A stretch of DNA of 47,968 nucleotides from an uncultured Desulfobacterales bacterium (GTDB taxonomy: Bacteria > Myxococcota_A > UBA9160 > JAFDET01). The stretch is from positions 1 through 47,968 of the forward strand of contig CAXMOD010000073.1 in NCBI GenBank assembly GCA_964194905.1, given 5' to 3'. Below the pieces are notes generated by a model. The model had not been told where the DNA came from. It did not search any database and saw only the letters and a program-made list of their open reading frames with translations. A program made the translations under genes and the position numbers. Each line of letters starts with the position of its first letter. The stretch's first letter is position 1. Shown here one piece after another: positions 1 to 9,501 of this stretch.

Positions 1-282
1 TTCGTGTTCCGCGACGGACCCATCGAGATCGAAGAAGCCGTGACCCGCACGGGCTTCGAGTCGTGGATCGCCCCCGAGCTCGACGCCATGAGCGCGTGCG
101 TAGACGGCGTGCTGGGGCGCTGCGGCGTGCCGTCCGACGAAGTCGAGCACGTCTTCCTCACCGGGGGGAGCTCGCTCGTCCCAGCCGTGCGGCGCATCTT
201 CGAGGAGCGCTTCGGGGCCGCCCGCATCGACACGGGCGCCGAGTTCACCTCGGTCGCACGAGGCCTCGCGCTGGCGCGCTGA
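1..282 (+). CDS. Hsp70-family (DnaK/YegD-like actin-fold ATPase) protein, C-terminal fragment; the 5' end lies outside the window
   Basis: The frame is open from base 1. The tail ...HVFLTGGSSLVPAVRRIFEERFG...EFTSVARGLALAR resembles the end of Hsp70/YegD nucleotide-binding domains. Stop TGA at 280-282. Confidence 0.6.
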   Translation, partial: FVFRDGPIEIEEAVTRTGFESWIAPELDAMSACVDGVLGRCGVPSDEVEHVFLTGGSSLVPAVRRIFEERFGAARIDTGAEFTSVARGLALAR

Positions 283-291
283 CGGCGCCGG

Positions 292-1503
292 TCAATCAGG
301 CGCGTCGCGGTCGATGTCCCAGCGCCCGTGGATGCCCAGGGCCTTCCGCGCGATGCGCTTGGCTGCGTTGTATCCGCCGCGCCGGTAGCTGACGAAGTCG
401 AGGAACCCGCCGGTGTTGGTCAGGACGACCAGCGCATCCCCGCTCGCGGGCTCTACCACGAACAGGCCCTGAAAGCCGGGGTTGCTTCCCCAGTGCCACC
501 ATGTGGTGGGCTCGGCCGAGCGATCGATGCCGATGCCGGCACCCCACGCAATCCCCGCATCAACATCGACCCGCGGCGCGAAGAGCAGGTCTCGCGTCGC
601 AGGCCGAAGCAGACGGGGCTGCAGCAGCTCGCGCGCAAAGCGGGCCAGGTCTTCTGCGGTCGTGTGCAGGCTGGACGGGAGCAGTACGCGATCCGACCAC
701 GGCTCCACCGGTACCGTGGCGACCGAGCCGGCAGCGATCAGGATGAGCACGAGGGATGCGGCCAGGAACAGCGTCAGGCCCGCGGCGGCCCAGCGCTCGT
801 GGCGACGGAAGAAGCTGCGCGCACCGACGACGCCGCATGCCACCGCCACCAGCACCGCCAGCACGGAGACGACGCGCACGCCGGGATCTGCCGTACCGCT
901 GAGGGTTCCGTAGACCGCGTCTACGTGGCCGATGGCCACGTCGCCGGGGGGCGGTGACGCGTACGTGCTGCGCCGCATGTCCAGCGGATCCAGGACACGT
1001 TTCCGCACGAAATCTTCCGCCGGCTCGCCAGTCTGCGCCTCCAGCATGTGCTGCAACACCAGCCAGCCTTGTCCCGCGTAGTGGAATTCGGCGGGTGGCC
1101 GGCATGCACCGCGAAAGCGTTCAGCCCAGATGTAGTTGCCGAGGCCCGCCGTGTGGGTGAGCAGCTGCAGCAGGCTGGGCGCCTCGCAGCCGTCCGGCAC
1201 GTCGAGGGCCGGTGAGGCGACGGACATGTCGAGCGACCAGACTCCCTCTTCGACGAGGGAGAGGGCAGCGTACGCGGCCACCACCTTGCCGATCGAGGCG
1301 GCCTCGAAGCTCGTCGCGGATGTGACCGCTTCCCCGCTACGGGTGTCTCGCACGCCGAAGGACTCGCTCCACACGAGCTCGCCCCCGCGCACCAGCGTTA
1401 CGCTGGCGCCGCGCACCTCCGCGTGACGCAGGGCACGCTGCACGTAGGGACGTAGCTGTTCGATGGGCAGGGGGTTCCGCGCTGACGCCGATCCGCAGAG
1501 CAT
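292..1503 (-). CDS. Serine hydrolase of the beta-lactamase/PBP (class C-like) family with two internal transmembrane helices
   Basis: SxxK nucleophile motif (ASIGK), a later HWGSNPG motif (KTG-equivalent) and ...LVVLTN. ATG at 1503. Only the C-terminal 403 aa of the 673-aa track ORF look real. An in-frame CTG at 1542 would add a signal-like RRGSLVVVIYSLMLCGSASA. Confidence 0.75.
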   Translation of the reverse strand: MLCGSASARNPLPIEQLRPYVQRALRHAEVRGASVTLVRGGELVWSESFGVRDTRSGEAVTSATSFEAASIGKVVAAYAALSLVEEGVWSLDMSVASPALDVPDGCEAPSLLQLLTHTAGLGNYIWAERFRGACRPPAEFHYAGQGWLVLQHMLEAQTGEPAEDFVRKRVLDPLDMRRSTYASPPPGDVAIGHVDAVYGTLSGTADPGVRVVSVLAVLVAVACGVVGARSFFRRHERWAAAGLTLFLAASLVLILIAAGSVATVPVEPWSDRVLLPSSLHTTAEDLARFARELLQPRLLRPATRDLLFAPRVDVDAGIAWGAGIGIDRSAEPTTWWHWGSNPGFQGLFVVEPASGDALVVLTNTGGFLDFVSYRRGGYNAAKRIARKALGIHGRWDIDRDAPD

Positions 1504-1547
1504 CAGCGAGTAGATGACGACGACGAGCGATCCCCGGCGCAGGGGGA

Positions 1548-2159
1548 CTAGGCCTGTTCGGCCAGGGCCGGCGGGTTGCTGCTGTGGCGGCCGACGAACC
1601 AGCTCCCGTCCACGTCGCGGGTGAGATGGACGATTCCGCCGAGGGCGGGCGTCTCGCGGTCGAGCGTTTCTCCGCTGAGCGACTCGGCGATGACGCGGAT
1701 CACGCCCTTGTGCAGCACCAACAGCGCTGAGCGCGCGTCGCCGGCCTGCAGCTTGTCCAGACCGACCAGGACGCGCGCCCTGAAGTCCGCGCGCGCCTCG
1801 CCGCCGGGGTACTCGAAGCCCTCGCCACCCTTCTGCCAATCCTCGTAGAGGATCGGGTCCGAGGCCTGGATCTCCTCGCGCGTCATGCCCTCCCAGCGAC
1901 CGAAGTCCACCTCGCGGAACTCGGGCACCAGGCTCACCGAGGCGCCCCGGGACGCGATCCACGCCGACTGCCAGGAGCGGCGCAGCGGACTCGCCGCCAC
2001 CGTGCCGAACACCTCGCCTCCCAGCGCGCCAGCCACCGCCCGCATCTGGACGCGGCCCGCGTCCGCCAGCGCGACGTCTCGGCTGCCGTGGAAGCGGATG
2101 CTGGACTCGCCCTCGGTCTCGCCGTGGCGAACGAGCACGATGCGACGCAGCTGGGACAT
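1548..2159 (-). CDS. Histidine phosphatase family protein (phosphoglycerate mutase-like)
   Basis: MSQLRRIVLVRHGETEGE... carries the RHGE catalytic motif. This is the C-terminal 203 aa of the 710-aa track ORF; the remainder is antisense to the M23 gene. ATG at 2159. Confidence 0.8.
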   Translation of the reverse strand: MSQLRRIVLVRHGETEGESSIRFHGSRDVALADAGRVQMRAVAGALGGEVFGTVAASPLRRSWQSAWIASRGASVSLVPEFREVDFGRWEGMTREEIQASDPILYEDWQKGGEGFEYPGGEARADFRARVLVGLDKLQAGDARSALLVLHKGVIRVIAESLSGETLDRETPALGGIVHLTRDVDGSWFVGRHSSNPPALAEQA

Positions 2160-2243
2160 GGCTCCTCCGGACGGTGCGCGGGCACCCTGGGGTTCGAGAG
2201 GCCGGAAGATCGGGAAGCGGCAGCCCCACGTCAACGCCCGCGC

Positions 2244-2315
2244 GGGCCCCACCCGTCCGCACGCCGCAGGCGTGGGCCCAACCCGCCCGCGCGCCGCAGG
2301 CGTGCGGGCCCAACC
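2244..2315. repeat. About 2.4 tandem copies of a 30-32 nt GC-rich hairpin-forming unit in a divergent intergenic region
   Basis: GGGCCCCACCCGTCCGCACGCCGCAGGCGT (2244-2273), GGGCCCAACCCGCCCGCGCGCCGCAGGCGT (2274-2303) and a partial GGGCCCAACC (2306-2315). Each full unit contains the palindrome CGCC-GCA-GGCG(TG). Confidence 0.7.
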
Positions 2316-2354
2316 GGTAGGGGGCTGATAGACTCGCCGCCGGAATCGGGGGAG

Positions 2355-3713
2355 ATGACCAGAAGCGCCTGGATCCTGGCGATCTTCATCGCGCTCGCCG
2401 TAGTGGTGGGCGGTGTAGTGCTCGTGCGCGCGGAGAGCGAGGGGCCGCAGATCGGCGCGCCCGAGGCGCTCTTCCTGGGCAAGGCGCCCCGAACCGTGGA
2501 ACTGCTGCTTTCCGACGGCGGCTCCGGACTGCGCTCGCTGAAGGTGAGCATCACCCATGCGGACGGCGCCTCGCCCGTCTTGGAGCGACATTTCGCGGGC
2601 AACCCCGCCACCGGCGGGGGCCCCGACGCCGAGCGCGTCGAGCTGACCCTCGATCCCACGGCCCTGGGCCTGGTGGGAGGCGACGCGTTCCTCGAGGTGG
2701 AGGCACGCGACTGGTCGTGGCGAGGCTGGCTGATGGGCAACGTCGCCACGCTGCGCGTACCGCTCTCGGTGGACCTGAAGCCGCCGCGCATCACGCTGGA
2801 GAGCGGCCTGACCTACGTGCGCCGAGGCGGCGCGGCCGTCGCGGTCTACCGGGTCAACGAACAGACCGCGCGCGACGGCGTCGAGGTGGGCGAGCGCTTC
2901 TACGGCGGCGCCGACTGGCCGGCGGGCTGTCCGGGCGCCGGCGACGGCTGCCGCGCCGCGGTCTTCGCCGTAGGCATCGACGCGCCGGAGGACGTGAAGA
3001 TCCGCGTGCTGGCGGAGGACCGCGCCGGAAACACGAAGCGGGCGCGCTTCGACGCCCGCGTGCAGGCGCGCGCGATCCCCAACGCGCCCATCCGCCTCTC
3101 GAACAACTTCCTCGAGAACAAGGTCATGGACCTCGCCGAGGAGTGGAACCTGGAAGCCACCGACCAGATCGCCGCCTTCAAGGAGATCAACGAGCAACGC
3201 CGCGCCAGCGACGAGGCGCGCGTGCGGGAGCTGGTGGCGAAGAGCGCCGACCAGCCGCTCTGGGACGGCGCCTTCGAGCAGCTGGCGAACAGCAAGGTGA
3301 CGAGCCTGTTCGCGGAGCGGCGCGTCTACTCCTACGGCGGGGCCGCCGTCTCCGAGGCCACCCATTACGGGTACGACCTCGCCTCCACCGCGCGCGCTCC
3401 GGTCACGGCGTCGGGCTCCGGACGCGTGTCGTTCGCAGGGCCGCTCGGCATCTACGGTGACTGTCTGCTCGTCGACCACGGCATGGGCGTCGTCTCGCTG
3501 TACGGCCACCTTTCGAGCATCGACGTGAAGGAAGGCGACGCCGTGGAGCGTGGCCAGACACTCGGCCGCACCGGACTCACCGGCTTCGCCGGAGGCGACC
3601 ACCTGCACTTCGCCATCCTGGTCGGCGGAACCTACGTGGACCCGCGCGAGTGGTGGGACCCGCGCTGGATGCGCGACCACGTGGCGGTGCGCCTCCAGCC
3701 AGACGGCGGTTAG
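2355..3713 (+). CDS. M23 family metallopeptidase (LytM/peptidoglycan DD-endopeptidase-like) with an N-terminal membrane anchor
   Basis: ATG at 2355 is preceded by GGGGGAG. N-terminal TM segment AWILAIFIALAVVVGGVVLV. C-terminal M23 motifs HYGYDLAS and GDHLHFAILVGGTYVDP. Confidence 0.85.
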   Translation: MTRSAWILAIFIALAVVVGGVVLVRAESEGPQIGAPEALFLGKAPRTVELLLSDGGSGLRSLKVSITHADGASPVLERHFAGNPATGGGPDAERVELTLDPTALGLVGGDAFLEVEARDWSWRGWLMGNVATLRVPLSVDLKPPRITLESGLTYVRRGGAAVAVYRVNEQTARDGVEVGERFYGGADWPAGCPGAGDGCRAAVFAVGIDAPEDVKIRVLAEDRAGNTKRARFDARVQARAIPNAPIRLSNNFLENKVMDLAEEWNLEATDQIAAFKEINEQRRASDEARVRELVAKSADQPLWDGAFEQLANSKVTSLFAERRVYSYGGAAVSEATHYGYDLASTARAPVTASGSGRVSFAGPLGIYGDCLLVDHGMGVVSLYGHLSSIDVKEGDAVERGQTLGRTGLTGFAGGDHLHFAILVGGTYVDPREWWDPRWMRDHVAVRLQPDGG

Positions 3714-3715
3714 CC

Positions 3716-4780
3716 GTGAGGGACGCCGGTGCCGTCCGCAGCGCTCTGCTCGACTGGTACGGCAAGAACCGCCGCGACCTGCCGTGGCGTCGCACCGACG
3801 ATCCGTACGCCATCTGGATCTCCGAGGCGATGCTCCAGCAGACCCGGGTCGAGACGGTCATCCCCTACTACGAGCGCTTCCTCGAGCGCTTCCCCGACGT
3901 GGAGGCACTCGCCACGGCCGACCTGGACGACGTACTCGGGGTGTGGGCCGGCCTCGGCTACTACTCTCGTGCGCGCAACCTCCGCGCCGCCGCCCGCGAG
4001 ATGCGCGAGCGCCACGACGGGCGCGTTCCCGACGACCCGGACGCGCTGCGCGCCCTGCCCGGCATCGGCCGCTACACGGCGGGCGCGGTGGCCTCGATCG
4101 CCTTCGACCGGCCCCAGCCCGTCCTCGACGGAAACGTGAAGCGCGTGCTGGCGCGCATCCTCGATGTGCGGGAGGACGTGACGCGCGCCGACGTGAGTGA
4201 GCGCCTCTGGGACGAGGCTTCGGTTCTGGCCGACGGCCCGCATCCCGGTGACCTCAACCAGGCGCTGATGGAACTCGGCGCCACGCTGTGCACGCCGCGG
4301 GCGCCGCGCTGCGGCGAGTGCCCGTTGCTCCGGCGTTGCGCCGCGCGCCGCGTCGGCGATCCGGAGACGCTTCCCGTGAAGAAGCCGCGCAAGGCCGTCC
4401 CGCGCGTGGAGGGCGCGGCAGCCCTGGTGCTGCGCGAGGGACGCGCCCTCGCCGTGCGCCGCCCGCCGCGTGGGCTGATGGGTGGCCTCTGGGAGCTTCC
4501 GGGCGACGATCTCGGGGAAGGCGAGGCTCCCGCCCGCGGCCTGCGCCGCGCGCTGCGCGAGCGGGTGGGCCTCGAGGTGGGCCGCCTGCGCCCGGCCGGC
4601 AGCGTGGAGCACCTCTTCAGCCACCGGCATCTACGCCTTCACGTGTATCACTGCGCGGTGCAGGGCGGGCGCGTACGCCGGGACGGCCCCGACGCCCACC
4701 GCTGGCTGCCCCCCGCCCGGCTCCTGGACCTGCCCCAGGCGGCGGTCACCAAGAAGGCCCTGGCGCTGGTGCTATCCTGA
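3716..4780 (+). CDS. mutY: A/G-specific adenine DNA glycosylase
   Basis: [35 protein letters not shown], the HhH-GPD motif [12 protein letters not shown], the 4Fe-4S Cys cluster [13 protein letters not shown], and a C-terminal NUDIX-like domain. GTG start lies 2 nt after the M23 stop. Confidence 0.9.
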   Translation: MRDAGAVRSALLDWYGKNRRDLPWRRTDDPYAIWISEAMLQQTRVETVIPYYERFLERFPDVEALATADLDDVLGVWAGLGYYSRARNLRAAAREMRERHDGRVPDDPDALRALPGIGRYTAGAVASIAFDRPQPVLDGNVKRVLARILDVREDVTRADVSERLWDEASVLADGPHPGDLNQALMELGATLCTPRAPRCGECPLLRRCAARRVGDPETLPVKKPRKAVPRVEGAAALVLREGRALAVRRPPRGLMGGLWELPGDDLGEGEAPARGLRRALRERVGLEVGRLRPAGSVEHLFSHRHLRLHVYHCAVQGGRVRRDGPDAHRWLPPARLLDLPQAAVTKKALALVLS

Positions 4781-4785
4781 GCGCC

Positions 4786-5871
4786 GTGGCCAGCAGCTTC
4801 GGAAACGCCTTCCGCATCACCACTTTCGGAGAGTCCCACGGCGGCGCCGTGGGGGTCGTTGTGGACGGGTGCCCGCCGCGCCTGCCGCTCGCAATCGAAG
4901 AGATCCAATGCGACCTCGATCGCCGCCGTCCGGGCCAGAGCCAGCTGACCACGCCGCGCCAGGAGCCGGACGAGGCGGAGATCCTCTCGGGAGTCTTCGA
5001 AGGCACGACGCTGGGCAGCCCCATCGCCATCGTGGTGCGCAACAAGGACGCGCGCCCCTCGGCCTACGAGCACATGAAGGACGTCTACCGGCCGTCTCAC
5101 GCCGACTACACCACCGAGGCCAAGTACGGCGTGCGCAACTGGCAGGGCGGAGGCCGCGCCAGCGCGCGCGAGACCGTCGGCCGCGTGGCGGCCGGCGCCA
5201 TCGCCCGCAAGCTCCTGCACACGGCCGCCGGCGTCGAGGTGCTGGCCTGGGTGCGCCGCGTGCACGACATCGAGGCGAAGCTCGAACCGGCCGGGGTGAC
5301 GCTGGAGGCGGTCGAGGCCAACCCCGTGCGCTGCCCGGACCCGGCCGCCGCCGAGCGGATGGCGGCCGCCATCGACGAGGCGCGCGAGCGCGGCGACTCG
5401 CTGGGCGGCGAGGTCGAGTGCGTGGCGCGGAGCGTGCCGGCCGGTCTCGGCGAGCCGGTCTTCGACAAGCTCGAGGCCGACATGGCCAAGGCCCTGCTCT
5501 CGCTGCCCGCCTCCAAGGGTTTCGAGATCGGCAGCGGCTTCGCCGGCACGCGCATGACCGGCATCGAGCACAACGATCCGTTCACGCCCGGCGAAGACGG
5601 GCGACCGCGCACCACGTCCAACCGCTCGGGCGGCGTGCAGGGCGGCATCAGCAACGGCGAGCCGGTGGTGGTGCGGGTCGCGTTCAAACCCACCGCCACC
5701 ATCTCCCAGGCCCAGCAGACCGTGAACGCAACAGGCGAGGCCGTGACCCTGGAAGCCCAGGGCCGCCACGACCCCTGCGTACTGCCCCGCGCCGTCCCGA
5801 TCGTCGAGGCCATGGTCTGCCTCGTCCTCGCCGACCACTGGCTCCGCCAGCAGACGACCGACGTCCTCTAA
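4786..5871 (+). CDS. aroC: Chorismate synthase
   Basis: [45 protein letters not shown] and GRHDPCV signatures. GTG start at 4786, because there is no ATG before the conserved N-terminus. Confidence 0.9.
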   Translation: MASSFGNAFRITTFGESHGGAVGVVVDGCPPRLPLAIEEIQCDLDRRRPGQSQLTTPRQEPDEAEILSGVFEGTTLGSPIAIVVRNKDARPSAYEHMKDVYRPSHADYTTEAKYGVRNWQGGGRASARETVGRVAAGAIARKLLHTAAGVEVLAWVRRVHDIEAKLEPAGVTLEAVEANPVRCPDPAAAERMAAAIDEARERGDSLGGEVECVARSVPAGLGEPVFDKLEADMAKALLSLPASKGFEIGSGFAGTRMTGIEHNDPFTPGEDGRPRTTSNRSGGVQGGISNGEPVVVRVAFKPTATISQAQQTVNATGEAVTLEAQGRHDPCVLPRAVPIVEAMVCLVLADHWLRQQTTDVL

Positions 5872-6248
5872 GGCAGCAGCACGAATCCCGCCACCGCGGC
5901 GGCGGCGGCGAAGAGCACGCCGAGCACCGCGAGCAGCGCGTGGGCGTCGCGGGCGGAGCCGCGGCCGCGCTCGAGACGACGACCCAGCAGGCCCGCAGAC
6001 ACGAAGAGCAGCGCGGTCGTCACTCCGAGCCACGCGTGGAACGTGCCGAAGGGATCGCGGCCGCGCAGCAGGAGCATCGAGAGCGGTCCGGCGATGAAGC
6101 CGGCGGCGATCATCAGCACTCCCGGCTTGGCGAGACGCAGATGGCGCGCGCGCAGCGAGGGATCCCGCGGCGCCAGACCCTGGCGCGCGCGCCGGATCTT
6201 CGAGCCCATCCGCAGCGCCAGCACGCAGACGAGGAGCGTCGCCAGCAT
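5868..6248 (-). CDS. Small integral membrane protein (DUF4079-like, His-containing helices)
   Basis: 126 aa with 3-4 hydrophobic helices and high GC3. The stop overlaps the aroC stop convergently (CTAA). The start is uncertain: the in-frame upstream stretch ...LAYGHPAF has no ATG/GTG/TTG. Confidence 0.5.
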   Translation of the reverse strand: MLATLLVCVLALRMGSKIRRARQGLAPRDPSLRARHLRLAKPGVLMIAAGFIAGPLSMLLLRGRDPFGTFHAWLGVTTALLFVSAGLLGRRLERGRGSARDAHALLAVLGVLFAAAAAVAGFVLLP

Positions 6249-6310
6249 GAAGGCCGGATGCCCGTACGCCAGTACGCGGTAGAGCGGCTCTCGAAGCGCC
6301 GGGTCCAGCG

Positions 6311-7036
6311 CTACTCCACCTTGTGGACGGCGTCGCCGGGCAGGCGGCTCAGCAGATCGTCGAGCGCGCTCTGGAGATAACCGGCGTCCCGGGACTCCAG
6401 GGTCAGCAGCACGTGGAACGCCTCCTCCCCGATCTTCGGATAGGAACCCAGCATCAGCTCGGGGAACTCGCTCAGCAGGTCGTTGAGCGCCTCGGCGATC
6501 TGGCTCTCACGCTGCTTCACGTAGACGCGCTTCAAGAGGATGGGGACACCCTTGAAGCGCTGCCGGATCGACTCGAACTTCTTGCGCAAGAGCTCCGGGA
6601 TGCCCGGGAAGATGTGCACGTTGCCCAGGATCACCACGGGGAACCAGAGATCGCCCACGTCCACGAGCAAGGAGCCCTTGGGCACCTCGGCCATCTTGAG
6701 CTGGCTCGGGATGAGATCGCTGCCGATCGCGCGCGTCAGGCGCGCCACGATGGACTCGCTGCGCTCGATCGGCACTCGGAAGGCGGCTGCGATGCCTTCC
6801 ATGGTGAGGTCGTCGTGGGTCGGCCCGATGCCGCCGGACGTAAAGACGTGGTCGTAGGCGTCGCTCATCGCGCGCGTCTCGGCCGCGATGGTCTCCACGT
6901 TGTCGGGGATGACCAGGATGCGGTCCACGTCGACGCCGAGCGCGCGCAGCTCACGGCACAGGTAGGGAGAGTTGGTGTCCACCACCTTCCCAGAGAGGAT
7001 CTCGTTTCCGATTACGAGGATTCCAGCGGTGGGCAT
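6311..7036 (-). CDS. CinA-like / MoCF-biosynthesis (MoaB/MogA-fold) domain protein
   Basis: MPTAGILVIGNEILSGKVVDTNSPYL...VFTSGGIGPTHDDLT is the classic molybdopterin-binding/CinA N-terminal domain signature. ATG at 7036. Confidence 0.8.
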   Translation of the reverse strand: MPTAGILVIGNEILSGKVVDTNSPYLCRELRALGVDVDRILVIPDNVETIAAETRAMSDAYDHVFTSGGIGPTHDDLTMEGIAAAFRVPIERSESIVARLTRAIGSDLIPSQLKMAEVPKGSLLVDVGDLWFPVVILGNVHIFPGIPELLRKKFESIRQRFKGVPILLKRVYVKQRESQIAEALNDLLSEFPELMLGSYPKIGEEAFHVLLTLESRDAGYLQSALDDLLSRLPGDAVHKVE

Positions 7037-7090
7037 GCGCCGAGGGTAACCGAGGGCGCCGGGGGCGCCCAACGGCTACGCTCCCCGGCC

Positions 7091-7375
7091 GTGGACGTGT
7101 CCATCCGGTTCTCCCCCTCGGGCCGGAGCGTTCGGGTGCCGGTGGGCACCTCCCTGCTCGAGGCGGTCCGCAAGGCGGGCCTTCCCATCGCCAGCGCGTG
7201 CGGTGCGAGCGCGCTGTGCGGCCGCTGCGGGGTGCGGGTGCTGACGGGGATGGACACGGGCGAATCGACCGCGGAGACAGACGCGAAGCGACGCAACCGG
7301 GTGGCGGACGAGCTGCGCCTCGCGTGCTTCGTGGAGGTCGAGGGCGACCTCGAGATCACCGCCCCCTACTGGTAG
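7091..7375 (+). CDS. 2Fe-2S ferredoxin (plant/adrenodoxin-like small iron-sulfur protein)
   Basis: Cys pattern C-x5-C-x2-C...C (ASACGASALCGRCGV...LACFVEV). GTG at 7091 (or 7097). Only the last ~94 aa of the 350-aa track ORF are plausible. Confidence 0.65.
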   Translation: MDVSIRFSPSGRSVRVPVGTSLLEAVRKAGLPIASACGASALCGRCGVRVLTGMDTGESTAETDAKRRNRVADELRLACFVEVEGDLEITAPYW

Positions 7376-7405
7376 GGAGCAGTCACAGGACGGCAAGGAG
7401 ACAGC

Positions 7406-8323
7406 ATGCGTATCGGAATCGGCGGACGCGGAACCACGCTGGAAGGCGCGGTGGAAGAGGTGAAGAACGCCGAACTGGCGGGCTTCGCCTCGATCTGGTT
7501 CAGCAACATCTTCGGCCACGACGCGCTCAGCCTGATCGCAGTGGCGGGACGCGAGAGCGAGCGGATCGAGCTCGGCACCGCGGTCGTGCCCACCCACTCG
7601 CGCCACCCGTTCTTCATGGCGCAGCAGGCCATGACCACCAACGCCGCCTGCGGCGGCCGTCTGGCCCTCGGCCTGGGTCCCAGCCACAAGGTGGTCATCG
7701 AGAACATGCTGGGCCTCTCCTACGACAAGCCCGCCCGCCACGTGCGTGAGTACGTGCAGGTGCTGAAGGCTCTCCTCGACGAGGGCCGGGTCGAGCACCA
7801 GGGCGAGGTCTACCGTGTCCGCGGCCAGCTCAGCGCCAAGGATGCCAAGCCGTTCCCCGTGCTGGTGGGCGCACTCGGCAAGCTCATGCGCAAGGTGGCC
7901 GGCGAGCTAGCGGACGGCACCGTCACCTGGATGACGGGCCGGCGCACCCTGGCCGAAGAGATCGGCCCCGACGTGCGGTCGGCGGCGGAGGCGGCTGGGC
8001 GCCCGGAGCCGCGTATCGTCGCGGCGCTGCCGGTTTGCGTGACGACCGACACCGACGCGGCGCGCGAAAGCATCGACAAGATGCTGGCGATGTACCCCAC
8101 TCTCCCGTCCTACCGCGCGATGATGGACCTGGAGGGCGCAACGCGCCCCAGCGACATCGCGCTCATCGGCGACGAGGCCACGGTGCGCAAGGGCGTGGCC
8201 GGGCTCGTGGACGCCGGTGTCACCGACTTCAACTGCACGGTGACCGGTGCCGGCGGCGACGCCAAGGCGTCGGCAGAGCGCACCTACGCGCTGATCGCCG
8301 AGGTGGCGCGGAGCACCTCTTGA
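7406..8323 (+). CDS. LLM-class (luciferase-like) flavin/F420-dependent oxidoreductase
   Basis: AAGGAG lies 6 nt upstream of the ATG. TIM-barrel LLM-family pattern (GFASIWFSN, LGTAVVP, LGLGPSH, PVLVGALG). F420 dependence is inferred, not proven. Confidence 0.8.
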   Translation: MRIGIGGRGTTLEGAVEEVKNAELAGFASIWFSNIFGHDALSLIAVAGRESERIELGTAVVPTHSRHPFFMAQQAMTTNAACGGRLALGLGPSHKVVIENMLGLSYDKPARHVREYVQVLKALLDEGRVEHQGEVYRVRGQLSAKDAKPFPVLVGALGKLMRKVAGELADGTVTWMTGRRTLAEEIGPDVRSAAEAAGRPEPRIVAALPVCVTTDTDAARESIDKMLAMYPTLPSYRAMMDLEGATRPSDIALIGDEATVRKGVAGLVDAGVTDFNCTVTGAGGDAKASAERTYALIAEVARSTS

Positions 8324-9501
8324 GCCCCTCGGACACGAACGGCAAGAAGGGTGGGGCGGGCTTCGCTACGCGCGCCATCCACGTCGGCCAGGAGCCGGAT
8401 TCCGCGACCGGCGCGACGGTCCCTCCGGTCTACCAGACGGTGACGTTCACCCAGGACGCGATCGGCCGGAACAAGGGCTTCGAGTACTCGCGCACCGACA
8501 ACCCCACGCGCCGCGCGCTGGAGGAGGCGCTGGCCTCGCTCGAGGGCGGGCGCTTCGGCTTTGCCTACGGCTCGGGCATGGCCGCCATCGCGGGCGCCAT
8601 GCAGTTGGTGCGCGCCGGCGACCACGTGGTGGTGGCCGACGACCTCTACGGCGGCTCCTACCGCCTCTTCAACCACGTTCTTCCCGAGTACGGCGTTCGC
8701 TTCACGTTCGCCGACGCGACGAAGCTCGAAGAGTTTGCCAAGGCGGTCGAGCCTGAAACGAAGATGCTCTGGATCGAGACGCCCACCAACCCGCTGTTGC
8801 GTCTGGTGGACGTGGCAGCCTGCGCCGAGATCGCCCGCGGCGCTGAAGCGAAGCTCGTGGTGGACAACACTTTCGCCACGCCGCTCCTCCAGAACCCGCT
8901 GGCGTTGGGCGCCCACGTGGTGGTGCACTCCACCACCAAGTACATCGGCGGCCACTCGGACGTGATCGGCGGCGCAGTGGTCCTGGACGACGAGGAGGCG
9001 GCGCAACGCCTCCAGTTCACGCGCAACGCCACCGGCGGCATCCCGGGCCCCTGGGATGCCTGGCTCACCCTGCGCGGCTTGAAGACGCTCGCGGTGCGCA
9101 TGCGTCAGCACCAGGAGAACGCCCAGCGCGTGGCCGAGTTCCTGGTGGAGCGCCCCGAGGTGGCGCGCGTCCACTACCCGGGCCTGCCCGACCATCCCGG
9201 CCACCAGCTGGCGGCGCGTCAGATGCGCGGCTTCGGAGGCATGCTGGCCCTCGACCTGGCGGGCGGCGAGCAGGCCGCGAAGACCTTTTGTCAGTCCACC
9301 CAACTCATCTCCCTGGGCGAGAGCCTCGGCGGCGTGGAGTCGCTCATCGGCTACCCGTTCAGCATGAGCCACGGCGCCTTCCCGCCCGAGGAGAAGCGCC
9401 GCAAGGGGATCAGCGAGGCGACGGTGCGCCTGTCGGTCGGGATCGAGGACGTCGACGACCTGTGTGAGGACCTGGCCCAGGCCCTCGACCGGATCGCATG
9501 A
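8320..9501 (+). CDS. PLP-dependent trans-sulfuration enzyme (cystathionine gamma-synthase/gamma-lyase/O-succinylhomoserine sulfhydrylase family)
   Basis: YSRTDNPTR, the PLP-lysine motif HSTTKYIGGHSD, and SLGGVESL. TTG start at 8320 overlaps the LLM stop (TTGA). There is no ATG before the conserved N-terminus. Confidence 0.85.
   Translation: MSPSDTNGKKGGAGFATRAIHVGQEPDSATGATVPPVYQTVTFTQDAIGRNKGFEYSRTDNPTRRALEEALASLEGGRFGFAYGSGMAAIAGAMQLVRAGDHVVVADDLYGGSYRLFNHVLPEYGVRFTFADATKLEEFAKAVEPETKMLWIETPTNPLLRLVDVAACAEIARGAEAKLVVDNTFATPLLQNPLALGAHVVVHSTTKYIGGHSDVIGGAVVLDDEEAAQRLQFTRNATGGIPGPWDAWLTLRGLKTLAVRMRQHQENAQRVAEFLVERPEVARVHYPGLPDHPGHQLAARQMRGFGGMLALDLAGGEQAAKTFCQSTQLISLGESLGGVESLIGYPFSMSHGAFPPEEKRRKGISEATVRLSVGIEDVDDLCEDLAQALDRIA

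Noticed and set aside
1548-3680. 710-aa minus-strand ORF spanning the M23 peptidase locus
   Set aside because: Only its last 203 aa (1548-2159, the RHGE histidine phosphatase) look like a protein. The rest is Arg/Ala/Gly-rich antisense read-through of the clearly real M23 gene, which is typical of stop-codon depletion in GC-rich DNA.
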